Notes under the pieces: generated by a model
What the model saw: only the letters and a program-made list of their open reading frames with translations
The model's database searches: none
Told to the model about the DNA's origin: nothing
Source of the DNA: Myxococcota bacterium
GTDB lineage: Bacteria > Myxococcota_C > UBA6777
Direction: 5' to 3'
NCBI GenBank assembly: GCA_023150835.1
Contig: JAKLKB010000061.1
Location: forward strand, 1 to 35,254
Length of the DNA: 35,254 nucleotides
Shown: positions 1-9,126 of the stretch, piece after piece
How positions within the stretch are numbered: position 1 is the stretch's first letter
Layout of the letters: each line of letters begins with the position of its first letter
Program-made: the position numbers and the translations under genes

Positions 1-236
1 CCGCTGTGGCTGCCCAATAATAGGGCGTCTACGTGTTCTCTTTTGTGTACGCACCACTCGGATATCGAACGTAGGGGCAGCCCGCTGTGGCTGCCCAATA
101 GTCGGGCGTCTACGTGTTCTCTTTTGTGTACGCGCCACTCGGATATCGAACGTAGGGGCAGCCCGCTGTGGCTGCCCAATAATAGGGCGTCTACGTGTTC
201 TCTTTTGTGTACGCACCACTCGGATATCGTATGAGT
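1..236. repeat. Tandem array of an 81-bp unit (~2.8 copies, truncated by the window edge) carrying a GTAG-type REP-like hairpin; ends in the terminal inverted repeat of repeat family A
   Basis: Units 1-81, 82-162 and 163-228 are near-identical. The hairpin GTAGGGGCAGCCcgctgtGGCTGCCC spans the unit junctions. The array ends with CGGATATCGTATGAGT (221-236). Confidence 0.9.
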
Positions 237-280
237 GGTTCGTTGGGAAGAAGCGGATGTTGCGGGGGTTCAGTGGGGGA

Positions 281-961
281 TTAGGCGGCTTGGCGGCTGG
301 TGTGTTGGAAAGAAGGCGGTGTTGCGGTGGTTTGGGTTGGGAGGATGTTGTTGCGGCAGCGGATCAGCTTCCAATGTCCGAGGAAGTCGGTGTCGCGGAT
401 ATCGATCACGTCAAGGCCGTTGTCTGCGACAAACTGGCTGAGTTCGACGTCGGGTGTAAAGCCGATCCATCCGGCAAAAGGACGAAGGATCGCTTCGACG
501 CCGTTGATCACGCGATGAGAGGAGCGGAAGTGGTTGACGAGGATCAACTCGCCATCGGGTTTACAGACGCGGCGCATCTCGCTAATTAGACGCTCGGGGT
601 GAGGAACCACCGAAGCAACATACATGGCGATCACTTTGTCGAAGCTTTGATCGGGAAAGTCCATCTGCTCTGCGTCCATCACGCGCAAAGACTCGACGTG
701 ATGGAGTTTTTGATCGGCGACACGTTTGTGTGCAACATCGAGCATCTCTGCCGAGATATCGATGCCGACGATCTGTACATCGTGCGGATACATCGGAAGC
801 GAGATCCCTGTTCCAACGCCGACTTCTAAGATCCGCTCGTCTGTTGCGCAGTGCATGGCGCGGATCGCGGCCTTGCGTCCCGCGTCAAGGGCGGCTCCGA
901 AGATCAAATCGTATACTTTTGCGTAGCGACGGTAGGTATCTTTCACGGTCTTGAGATTCAT
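281..961 (-). CDS. pmtA: Class I SAM-dependent methyltransferase, phosphatidylethanolamine N-methyltransferase (PmtA)-like
   Basis: N-terminus YRRYAKVYDLIFG, SAM motif ILEVGVGTG, and SVVPHP...EMRRVCKPDG...VNHF. ATG at 961 with a GGAG RBS upstream. Confidence 0.75.
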   Translation of the reverse strand: MNLKTVKDTYRRYAKVYDLIFGAALDAGRKAAIRAMHCATDERILEVGVGTGISLPMYPHDVQIVGIDISAEMLDVAHKRVADQKLHHVESLRVMDAEQMDFPDQSFDKVIAMYVASVVPHPERLISEMRRVCKPDGELILVNHFRSSHRVINGVEAILRPFAGWIGFTPDVELSQFVADNGLDVIDIRDTDFLGHWKLIRCRNNILPTQTTATPPSFQHTSRQAA

Positions 962-1302
962 CAACAAAAACTCTCCATGCGAGGGTTGAGGGGCCGAGAG
1001 GACGAGCCTGACAAAAGCGAAGCCCCGCATCAGCAAGCCAAATGCCAGAAAAAGGGTACCTCATCCGAATGGTCGAAGAATGGGACTCTTTTGGTTTCAG
1101 AGGCTTGACTTGTCGTATGTCTCGCACGTACGATGCCGATTCGTTTTGTGCCGAGGCGCGGCAAAAAGGTTGCCCAAAAGCAGCCCGAGCGGACGTCTCG
1201 CGGTGTAGGCATCTGCGTGCATGGAAGCATGTTGAAGAAGTTTTTTGAGTTGGAAGAAGCGAAAGCGTTTTGTGCCATTTGGTGACAGGCAAGGAGGGAT
1301 CG

Positions 1303-4230
1303 ATGAGGTTGCGTTTTCAACGTTTTTTTTGGGTTGTGATGCTCTTGTTCGGAGGGGGGCTGGTGGCCTGTACCTGCGATGGTACGGGGGTGGGCACCTT
1401 TCCTGAGATCGAGTTGATCCCCAACAACATCATTTTTCAAGCGATCCCTGTCGGAAAAGAGACGATCAGGCAAGCGCTGATCCGCAACAAAGGCCAAGTG
1501 GCCCTGACCGTTCGTGAGATATCTGTCCTCAACGAGGCGGGTGGAAAGGCCTTTTCGATCCCTGAAGGCAAACTGCCCACACTACCTTTGCGGATCGAAC
1601 CCAACGAAACTGCGACGCTTTCGATCCGCTATGCCCCCCAATCTTCGGGTGTTGCGCGTGGGAACGTGCGCATCCTCAGCGATGCAAAAAACGTCGATAA
1701 CGACGGATACAACAAGATTACGCTGGCCTCCAGTTTGGTCTCGGCGGATATCCTCGCCACCCCCAACCCGCTGGACTTTGGGGATGTTCCGCCCGGCGAT
1801 ACCAAGATCCTCAGCACGATCCTTTCCAACAAAGGGCAAGCGGATCTGACCATCTCGGAGCTTTCTTTTGTCAGCAACGCTTCGCAAGAACTCGCGATCG
1901 TCACGCAGATCCAGTTCCCCTTGAAGATAGAGCCCGGAAAAGACTTTGACTTGCAGATCAGCTATTCTCCAAAAGGCCCGCGTATCGACGAGATCCTGAT
2001 CGTCAAAAACGATACAAGCCGACCCAACTACGAGATCCGCATCGTCGGACAACGTGCAGCCCCCAAGATCCAAGTCGATCCGGCACTCTTGACTTTTACG
2101 AACTTGCTCGGAACCAAAGACACCAAGACCTTTTTGATCCGCAACGTCGGAGGGCAAGATCTGGAGATCTCGGGCCTTGCTTTGGCCGCAGGAAGCAGCC
2201 AAGACTTTTCCCTGAAAAATCCGCCCACAACGCCGTTTTCATTGAAGGCCAAAGAAGAGATCAAAGTCGAGGTCCAATACCACTCCCAAGATATCCAAGA
2301 CGACCAAGGCGCAGTTGAGATTAAAAGCAATGACCCCGATAGTCCGACCGTTCGCGTTTCCCTTCAAGCCGTCGCCAAAGGTTGCGATCTGAAAGCTACA
2401 CCCGACAAATTGTCTTTCACACGACCTTCCAATCTGACGGTGACCATCAGCAACGTCGGCAACGAGCCTTGCAACTACAAAAGCGCAAGCTTTTCGCCTA
2501 CCACCAGCAAAGAGTTTTCTTTCTTTTTGCCTCCCCCCGCTGCACAAGCCCTTGCTCCGGGAAAAGTCTTTCAGATCGTGGTGCGCTTTTCGCCCTCCGA
2601 TAACGTCGATGACAAGGGCGCTTTGTTGATCGAGTCGGATGATCCCGATGCTCCCAGCCTCGAAGTGCCGCTTGAATCAAAAGTCCCCACAGGTAGCGAG
2701 TGCGAGCTTTCGATCTCCCCCACCACCATCCAATACGGATTCGTCGGCCTTGGCCGCGCACAAACCCGCCAAGTCTTGCTTGAAAACAAAGGCTGGGGAG
2801 AGTGTCTTGTTTCGCAAGCCAACTTGGTCGTGAATCCCTCACAGGTCTTTTCGCTTGGGACTGCCTTCAATCCGCAAGGTGAAAAGATCCCCGCAGGCCA
2901 GTTCTTCCGCATCGATGTGGTTTTTACGCCCAAATCAGGCACTTCTTTCCAAGGCGAGCTGGAGATATCCTCGAACGATGGGGCGAATCCCAAATCCAAA
3001 GTCAACTTGATCGGAACTACGGGACAATTGTGCATCGAAGCGCTCCCCGATCCGCTCGACTTTGGCACCATCCAACAACAATGCTCCTCGCTCAAACAAA
3101 CACTCGAAGTTTACAATATCTGTAGCCAAGCCGTCCAATTGACGGGCATTAAGTTCGGCGCAGGAACCAACCAACCCAACCAAGAATTCTTTATTCGCTC
3201 AGCCCCTAATATGCCGCAATCTCTGCCTTTTGGACAGTCGATCCAACTTCAATTGACCTACGCTCCCCGCAATCTCGGTCCCGACACAGGAACCTTGGAG
3301 ATCGCCAACTCCACACCCGCCCAATCTCCAATCATCGTTTCTTTGGTCGGAAAAGGCGTCGACTCCAACGAACAGACCGACACCTTCCAACAACTCAACA
3401 AGCCCGAGATCGATCTTCTGCTAGTGATCGATGACTCTTGCTCGATGTCGGACAAGCAGAGCAACCTTGCCAACAACCTCAACACCTTTATGTAATGGGC
3501 CTCGACACTCCAAGCCGACTATCATCTTGGCGTGATCACCACAGATACGAAAGCCGCGACGGCAGGCTGTTTGCGTGGGACGCCCAAGTTTGTGACGCCC
3601 GCAACACCCAACGCGATCACCGCCTTCCAAAACAACGTGCGCGTCGGAACAACGGGACACTACGACGAGATGGGATTGGAAGCGTCTTGGATGTTCTTTC
3701 AATCCAACAAGCTTTCGGGATGCAACCAAGGCTTTTATCGCAAAGATGCGGCTCTTTCGTTGATTTACATCTCTGATGAAAAAGACTTTTCTCCGCAGCC
3801 CGTGAACTTTTATATCAACTTCTTTAAAAATCTCAAAGGCATACGCGACGCCAGCAAGATCCGCGCTTCGGCGATCGTCGGTGAACCCGGAAAAACTTGT
3901 CTTGCGGTCGTGTCGACGGATGCGCGTTATTGGGAAACAGCCCGTCAATTGGGTGGTTTGCAGATATCCTTGTGCAATAGCGCTTGGGGAGCGGAGTTGA
4001 CGAAACTGGGGAGCTTGACGTTTGGTTACCGCAGTCAATTCTTCTTGTCGCGGCCCGCAAATCCCGCCACGATCAAGGTGGAGGTAGACGGTAAACCCGT
4101 TGCGCAAAACGCCTCCTCGGGATGGACGTATGATGCGGCTTCCAACAGCATCATCTTCGCCGCAAGCGCCATCCCACAAGCCGGGCAGACCATCAAGGTG
4201 ACTTACCAAGCTTTGTGCCTCCCTCCTTGA
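1303..4230 (+). pseudogene. Large lipoprotein with ~6 Ig-like (choice-of-anchor D/ASH-like) domains and a C-terminal VWA domain, interrupted by one in-frame TAA at 3493-3495 (nonsense allele or sequence error)
   Basis: AAGGAGG RBS, ATG 1303, lipobox LVAC. Repeated P..LDFG...N.G...L.I...SND.D.P units. MIDAS motif DLLLVIDDSCSM. ORFs 1270-3495 and 3532-4230 share a frame and read FM*WASTLQADYHLGVITTD across the stop. Confidence 0.8.
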
Positions 4231-4333
4231 CCTCCTTTGTTCTCTTTCTTCGGCGCTCCTATCCTCCCCATCCATCGGCGGCATCGGCTCTTTGAGCTTC
4301 TTTCTTTTTTCATCCACCCACCATCGCGAGAAG

Positions 4334-5209
4334 ATGTCTATGCGTACCTTTTGGTGTGCCTTTCTGTTTAGTCTGTTTCTGTTTTTTCCGACACCTGCGA
4401 ACGCACGCTCGGACACCAATGCAACGCCCAAGTGTTTAAAGGGCGTGTTGTTGTCTTCTGCCCCTGTGATGGAGAGGATGGGGCCGTTGTTTCGGAGTGC
4501 AGCGCAACACAATCAGGCAGCTTTTCTCTTCGAGACCAACGCTGCGATGGATGGGGCGTTGTGCGGTTTTTTCGAGGGAGGGGCGTGCGTTCCGACCAAA
4601 GCTTCTACGTCAAAGAGCCGAGAGCGCGAAAGGCCCAAGGGAACGCCGCCATCAGAGTGGCAGTTGTTGTTGTTTATGGCGCTTTCTGGTGCAATTGTCT
4701 CGGTGGTATCGAGTTTTGCAATTCAGTCCTTGTTTGAGTTTCTGTTGATCACGCCGTCAAACAACACTGCTGAAAGCCGCATCAATGCAAGCTTTGCGTA
4801 CACAGCAGCCAACGTCGCGTTGATCCCTTGGGTGGTGGCGGGTACGCTGTTCGGGTTGAGCCGCTTGAGCAACAACTATGATTCGAACTTTTGGTGGATG
4901 TTGTTGGGGGCTTATGCTGGACAGGTGCTTTCGGCAGGGATCGGTTTGATGACCACGTTGTTGGGGAGCGGAACCCAGCGGTTTGCGGTGGCTCGGATCG
5001 TGACGTTGATCGCGGATGGCTTGTTGGCGGCGACAGGAGCGATGTTGGCGTATTTGTTCACGCGAAAGGCTTACGAAGAAGTCGAACACATGGGGGCTTT
5101 GTTTCACCTTCGTGAGGGTCGTGTGCGGATGGGTATCCCGTTGCCGTTGATTTATCGCGATGCTTACGAGCAACGTATCTCGATGACGTTTCTAGCAGGA
5201 CGCTTTTGA
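4334..5209 (+). CDS. Hypothetical membrane protein with signal peptide and ~4 hydrophobic helices
   Basis: Signal-like N-terminus (FWCAFLFSLFLFFPTPANA), several TM-like segments, and it fills the gap before the tRNA. Start uncertain (4334 or 4340). Confidence 0.65.
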   Translation: MSMRTFWCAFLFSLFLFFPTPANARSDTNATPKCLKGVLLSSAPVMERMGPLFRSAAQHNQAAFLFETNAAMDGALCGFFEGGACVPTKASTSKSRERERPKGTPPSEWQLLLFMALSGAIVSVVSSFAIQSLFEFLLITPSNNTAESRINASFAYTAANVALIPWVVAGTLFGLSRLSNNYDSNFWWMLLGAYAGQVLSAGIGLMTTLLGSGTQRFAVARIVTLIADGLLAATGAMLAYLFTRKAYEEVEHMGALFHLREGRVRMGIPLPLIYRDAYEQRISMTFLAGRF

Positions 5210-5300
5210 GGGGCGACGCGAGAAAAATGCTGGAAAATAACGAAACAGCGCGGATCATCTGAGGGACTCCTTTGAGGAGCGATGAGAGAAAAATACGCTG

Positions 5301-5329
5301 TTGACAGAGCCGAAAGGGGCGTGTATCTA
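5301..5329 (+). promoter_or_regulatory. Possible sigma70 promoter of tRNA-Ser
   Basis: Perfect TTGACA at 5301-5306, a 17-bp spacer, and a weak -10 (TATCTA) 12 bp before the tRNA. Confidence 0.35.
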
Positions 5330-5341
5330 CATCCAACACAT

Positions 5342-5427
5342 GGAAGGTTGGCCGAGTGGTTTAAGGCGCTGGTCTTGAAAACCAGTGAGCCCGCAAGGGC
5401 CCGGGGGTTCGAATCCCTCACCTTCCG
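5342..5427 (+). tRNA. tRNA-Ser (anticodon UGA), CCA not encoded
   Basis: Acceptor stem GGAAGGT/ACCTTCC plus discriminator G. D-loop GAGTGGTTTAA. Anticodon arm CTGGT-CTTGAAA-ACCAG. Long variable arm GCCC-GCAA-GGGC. T-loop GTTCGAATC. Confidence 0.97.
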
Positions 5428-5457
5428 TCTTTCTGGCAGGATTACGTATTTGGGTGA

Positions 5458-5595
5458 TTTTTGTGGGGCATTGCCCCACGCCCCACAAGGGACTGTGGCC
5501 CCTTGACCCCATATCGGCGAAGAGAGCGCAGGTTTTTTAACCCAACGGCTCTGTCGCTTGAAACACCGCGAACACGGCTTTTTTTGACCACTGCG
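5458..5595 (+). repeat. Dispersed intergenic repeat family B, copy 1 (~140 bp, multi-hairpin)
   Basis: TTTGTGGGGCATTGCCCCAC..AAGGG..CCCTTGACCCC..GTCGCTTGA..GCGAACACGGCTTTTTTTGACCAC. Aligns by eye with 7441-7577 (reverse) and 18493-18599. Confidence 0.8.
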
Positions 5596-5677
5596 TAACT
5601 CCTATCCGTACCACACTCGCCCTACAACACAGGCGATATCCTCGACGGATATCGCCTGTTTGCGTTGATGGAAGCCA

Positions 5678-6460
5678 TCAGGTTTTTGCATCTGGATTGT
5701 TTGAGATGTTTTCTTCGGTGGGATGGCCGTCTTGCGTCGAATGGGTCGAAAAGCCATCGGGCTGGAGGACAAAGTCGTTATCAAATCGCCAAGGTCCGAA
5801 GCGTGTGGGGGCATCAAGAGCTTCTTGGAGGATGGAGAGGTAGATCTCGCGGGGCCATTCAAGGGCACCAAACCGATCGAGGTGGTCGGTGTAAACTTGG
5901 CAATCGATGAGGGGGATCTTCCAGCGCAAGAGTTGTTGGACGATGGCGACAAAGGCGATCTTGGAGGCATCAGGTGCGAGGGCAAACATCGATTCGCCGA
6001 AAAAGGCCGCTCCCAGCGAGACTCCGTAAAGGCCCCCCACAAGGCGATCTTCTTGCCATGCTTCGATGCTGTGGGCGATACCGCGCTCGTGAAGCTGAAC
6101 ATAGGCTTGTTTCATCTCGTGTGTGATCCATGTTCCGTCTTGGCCGGGGCGTGGGACATGAGAGCAGGCTTCGATAACTTGGGCAAAAGCGGTGTCGATG
6201 CGCAGAGTGTAAGCGTGTTTGTGCAAGTGCTTTCGCAGGCTGCGATTGATCAGCAGATCGGGACCCCACAACACAAAGCGCGGATCAGGCGAATACCAGA
6301 GGATCGGCTGGCCTTTGCTGTACCACGGAAAGATCCCGCTACGGTAGCCGAGTTCGAGACGCTCGGGGCGTAGATCACCTCCGACCGCGATGGGGCCAAA
6401 GCGAGGTGCGTTGAGTGGATCGGGGAACACAAGGTTTCTATCGAGTCGATAGATCGGCAT
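5678..6460 (-). CDS. aat: Leucyl/phenylalanyl-tRNA--protein transferase
   Basis: Motifs GGDL.PERL..GY.SGIFPW, WYSPDPR, TWIT, AHSIEAW, VGGLYGV..G..FFGESMF, DASK, IDCQ. ATG at 6460. Confidence 0.95.
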   Translation of the reverse strand: MPIYRLDRNLVFPDPLNAPRFGPIAVGGDLRPERLELGYRSGIFPWYSKGQPILWYSPDPRFVLWGPDLLINRSLRKHLHKHAYTLRIDTAFAQVIEACSHVPRPGQDGTWITHEMKQAYVQLHERGIAHSIEAWQEDRLVGGLYGVSLGAAFFGESMFALAPDASKIAFVAIVQQLLRWKIPLIDCQVYTDHLDRFGALEWPREIYLSILQEALDAPTRFGPWRFDNDFVLQPDGFSTHSTQDGHPTEENISNNPDAKT

Positions 6461-6570
6461 GGTGGGGATATCCTGTTTTTTGCAGCGCGCCTCTGAGCAT
6501 GGTAGGGATACAAGAAGGTTTGCCGTGCGCCTGCGAGCGATGTTGACAGCGTGACAAAGGAAACCGCTTG

Positions 6571-7413
6571 ATGTCAAGTCAGATCACTCTTTCTTTCTTG
6601 CTACAAGGAAAAAAACGCTTGGTTGCGGATCTTTCGCAACCCATCGAGATCGGGATCTCCTTGGATTTTGATGGGGAACAACCGCAAGCTTTTTTTCTTC
6701 CTCGGGCCGAATCGACGGCCTTTTGTGCGGGTTCTTTTGTGGGAGACACGCGGCAAGGGGGCAGCGTCAACTGTTTTTCTTTGCGCCTGACGCCCCACGG
6801 AAACGGTACACACACCGAATGCGTCGGGCATATCGTCGAAGAGCGCGTATGGATCCACTCTCTTTTGCGTCTGAGCTTTTTTCCTGCGTATCTCTTGCGT
6901 GTGCCGTTGGAGTCTTTGGCGGCGAGTGGTGAAACCTACGCAGCACCGCACGATCCGCAAGATCGGGTGATCTCTTCTCGTGCGCTCCAACTTGCTTGGG
7001 ATGCGCTCGGTGAGGCCGAGGATATCTCGGCTGCATGGGTCTTGCAAACCTGCGGATATTCCGATGCTATCGAAGCGCACCGCCGCGTGTACAGCGGTCA
7101 GGTCCCTCCCTACCTGACCGATCAAGCGATCGCGTGGTTGTTGCAACGCGATCCCTTGCACTTGTTGGTCGATATCCCTTCGATCGATCGGGAAGAAGAC
7201 GCAGGGATCTTGCCAAACCACCACCGTTTTTGGGGGCTGCCGCTCGGACAGCGAACACTTCAGGGGCCACCCTCACCGCGAACCATCACGGAGATGATCA
7301 GCGTTCAAGGACAGATCCCAGAAGGTTTGTACGGGCTAGAGATCCAGATCCCTGCTTTTTTGCAGGACGCCGCTCCTTCGCGCCCGCGCTTGTATCCGTT
7401 GTCTCGGATCTAG
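6571..7413 (+). CDS. Cyclase-family metallohydrolase (kynurenine formamidase KynB-like)
   Basis: Metal motif PHGNGTHTECVGH, HLLVDIPSIDRE, TITE, and C-terminal DAAPSRP. kynU is present elsewhere in the window. Confidence 0.8.
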   Translation: MSSQITLSFLLQGKKRLVADLSQPIEIGISLDFDGEQPQAFFLPRAESTAFCAGSFVGDTRQGGSVNCFSLRLTPHGNGTHTECVGHIVEERVWIHSLLRLSFFPAYLLRVPLESLAASGETYAAPHDPQDRVISSRALQLAWDALGEAEDISAAWVLQTCGYSDAIEAHRRVYSGQVPPYLTDQAIAWLLQRDPLHLLVDIPSIDREEDAGILPNHHRFWGLPLGQRTLQGPPSPRTITEMISVQGQIPEGLYGLEIQIPAFLQDAAPSRPRLYPLSRI

Positions 7414-7440
7414 GTGGTGCCGCCTTCCGTAAAAAAATCC

Positions 7441-7577
7441 ACTGTGGACAAAAAAACCCCGTGTTCGCAGGCGCTCAAGCGAGAGTGTCGTTTGTGTGAA
7501 AAACGATCGTTCTGTTCGCCAAAACAGGGTCCATAGAGCCGCGCTCCCTTGTCGCGTATGGGGTGAAACCCCGCAAA
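7441..7577 (-). repeat. Dispersed intergenic repeat family B, copy 2 (inverted)
   Basis: Reverse complement reads TTTGCGGGGTTTCACCCC..ACAAGGGA..GACCC..GGCGAA..TCGCTTGAGCGCCTGCGAACACGGGGTTTTTTTGTCCAC, colinear with 5458-5595. Confidence 0.8.
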
Positions 7578-7619
7578 TGAAGATGATCTGCGGAGATCAA
7601 ACAGAGAAAGGACGACGAG

Positions 7620-8087
7620 ATGTTGTACAATTTTGGTTATGTATTAGAGGGGAAGTTGGCGGGTTGTGGGTATCCCGGGAGGGGAGGGGATCTGCGAGCG
7701 GATCTGCGAGAAGCCAAGCATCGGGGGATATCTGCGGTGGTGACGTTGACGGAATCCCCCTTAGATGCGGAGATATTGGAAAGCGAAGGGATGGTGTTTT
7801 TGCATATCCCAGTGGAGGATTATGAGCCGCCGTCGCTTGGGCAGATTCAGGAATTTGTGGACTTTGTACGCGGTCATCTTGCCCATTCATCGGGGGCGGT
7901 GATGGTGCATTGTATGATGGGTCGTGGTCGAACGGGGACGATGTTGGCGTGTTTTTTGGTGGCGGAGGGTTGGTCGGCGGAGTCGGCGGTTCGTCGTGTT
8001 CGCCAGTCGAGGCCGGCAAGCATCGAATCACTCGCCCAAGAAGAGATGATCGTGATCTGGGAACGTCACTTGTTGATGGACAAGTGA
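7620..8087 (+). CDS. Dual-specificity protein phosphatase (DUSP23/Cdc14-like)
   Basis: CX5R P-loop VHCMMGRGRTG, acid loop IPVEDYEPP, and RPASIES..QE. Confidence 0.92.
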   Translation: MLYNFGYVLEGKLAGCGYPGRGGDLRADLREAKHRGISAVVTLTESPLDAEILESEGMVFLHIPVEDYEPPSLGQIQEFVDFVRGHLAHSSGAVMVHCMMGRGRTGTMLACFLVAEGWSAESAVRRVRQSRPASIESLAQEEMIVIWERHLLMDK

Positions 8088-8145
8088 GCGGTTGGATGGG
8101 GTCGGGACGAGAGGAGCTTGCGCTAGGTCTTGTTTTTTTGATCTG

Positions 8146-8973
8146 TTATTTGATATCGCCAAGGCCGCCGTGACGGAGGGAGGAGAGTAGCTGGTTGATC
8201 TGGTGGCGTTCTTGTTCGATGGTATGCTCGGAAAGAAGGAGCGTTGCGCGTGCGACTTGGAACATGGCTCCTGCGAGTTGGCAGTCCATCTGGCGGACGG
8301 GCTTGATCGAACGGATGTTGTCGAGATGTTCACGGACAAGCTGGCCGCCCATCGATTTTTTGCTGAAGTGGATCGACGTTCCGCCGACTTCCATCTGCGC
8401 TTCCATGTTGGTGAGTTTTCCCGCAGCGTTGAGCCACACCCATTCGAGCGGTGGTTCCCAACCGGGCCGATGGTAGGTCACGATCGTGCGCTTTTCGTCC
8501 GAAGACAGAGCCATCTTTCCACCGCCTTCGCCTTCGACTTCGAGTAGGTACAGGGTGCGTTCTTCGTTGGCGTAGGCTTTAGAAGTAGGGATGCCGTGGA
8601 AAGGGATCTCGCGCAAGCCAAATTCTTCGACGCTGACGGAGAGTTTGGCGTTTGGATCGAGATACAGCGCAAGCTCTTTTTCCAGTTGTGCTTTTTGGCG
8701 CAGACCGACGAGGTTTTCGACGACTTCACCGCGCACAAACAGCTTCATGTTGGGGATGCTCATGATCCGAAAACGATCTGCAAGGCCCGGGTTTTCTTCG
8801 GTATTGACTTTGGCCACCTTGATCACGTCTTGTTCTTTTGCGAACTGATCGAGAACGGGGATCATCATCTTACAGGGGCGACACCATTCTGCCCAAAAGT
8901 CCACCAAAACACGGTCGTTTTCTTGTAAGAATGTATCGAAGTTTTTTTCGGTTAAACTGATCACTTGTCCCAT
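8146..8973 (-). CDS. Thioredoxin with ~165-aa C-terminal extension of unknown function
   Basis: VLVDFWAEWCRPCK, KVNTEEN, cis-Pro loop SIP. AAGGAG RBS before ATG 8973. Confidence 0.85.
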   Translation of the reverse strand: MGQVISLTEKNFDTFLQENDRVLVDFWAEWCRPCKMMIPVLDQFAKEQDVIKVAKVNTEENPGLADRFRIMSIPNMKLFVRGEVVENLVGLRQKAQLEKELALYLDPNAKLSVSVEEFGLREIPFHGIPTSKAYANEERTLYLLEVEGEGGGKMALSSDEKRTIVTYHRPGWEPPLEWVWLNAAGKLTNMEAQMEVGGTSIHFSKKSMGGQLVREHLDNIRSIKPVRQMDCQLAGAMFQVARATLLLSEHTIEQERHQINQLLSSLRHGGLGDIK

Positions 8974-9126
8974 GACTTTGCTCCTTTTTGAGGTTCTGTT
9001 TGTTTGTTGTATTGGCTTGGGTACTCGTCGTGTGTAGAGATCCCAGATCACGATCGGTTGCAAAAAGATCTTGTGCGGTGTGTTTTTGCGTGGGACTTTG
9101 TTGGCGTGGAAAGGGAGAGCAGAGCG

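Noticed and set aside
1-228. CRISPR array
   Set aside because: Whole 81-bp units are near-identical, there are no unique spacers, and no cas genes are in the window.
43-234. 63-aa repetitive ORF
   Set aside because: By-product of the 81-bp (27-codon) repeat, with no RBS or protein-like features.
3493-3495. Stop-codon reassignment, selenocysteine or pyrrolysine
   Set aside because: The codon is TAA (not TGA or TAG), TAA terminates other genes here, and the tRNA with UGA anticodon is an ordinary Ser tRNA reading UCA.
5342-5460. Genomic island integrated at tRNA-Ser
   Set aside because: No duplicated tRNA 3' end noticed, no adjacent integrase, and housekeeping aat follows.
5458-5595. Family A/B repeats as attC sites
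   Set aside because: They lack RYYYAAC...GTTRRRY ends, occur in both orientations, and flank housekeeping genes rather than cassettes.
6543-6548. TTGACA as -35 for the cyclase gene
   Set aside because: Too close to the ATG at 6571 and no matching -10.
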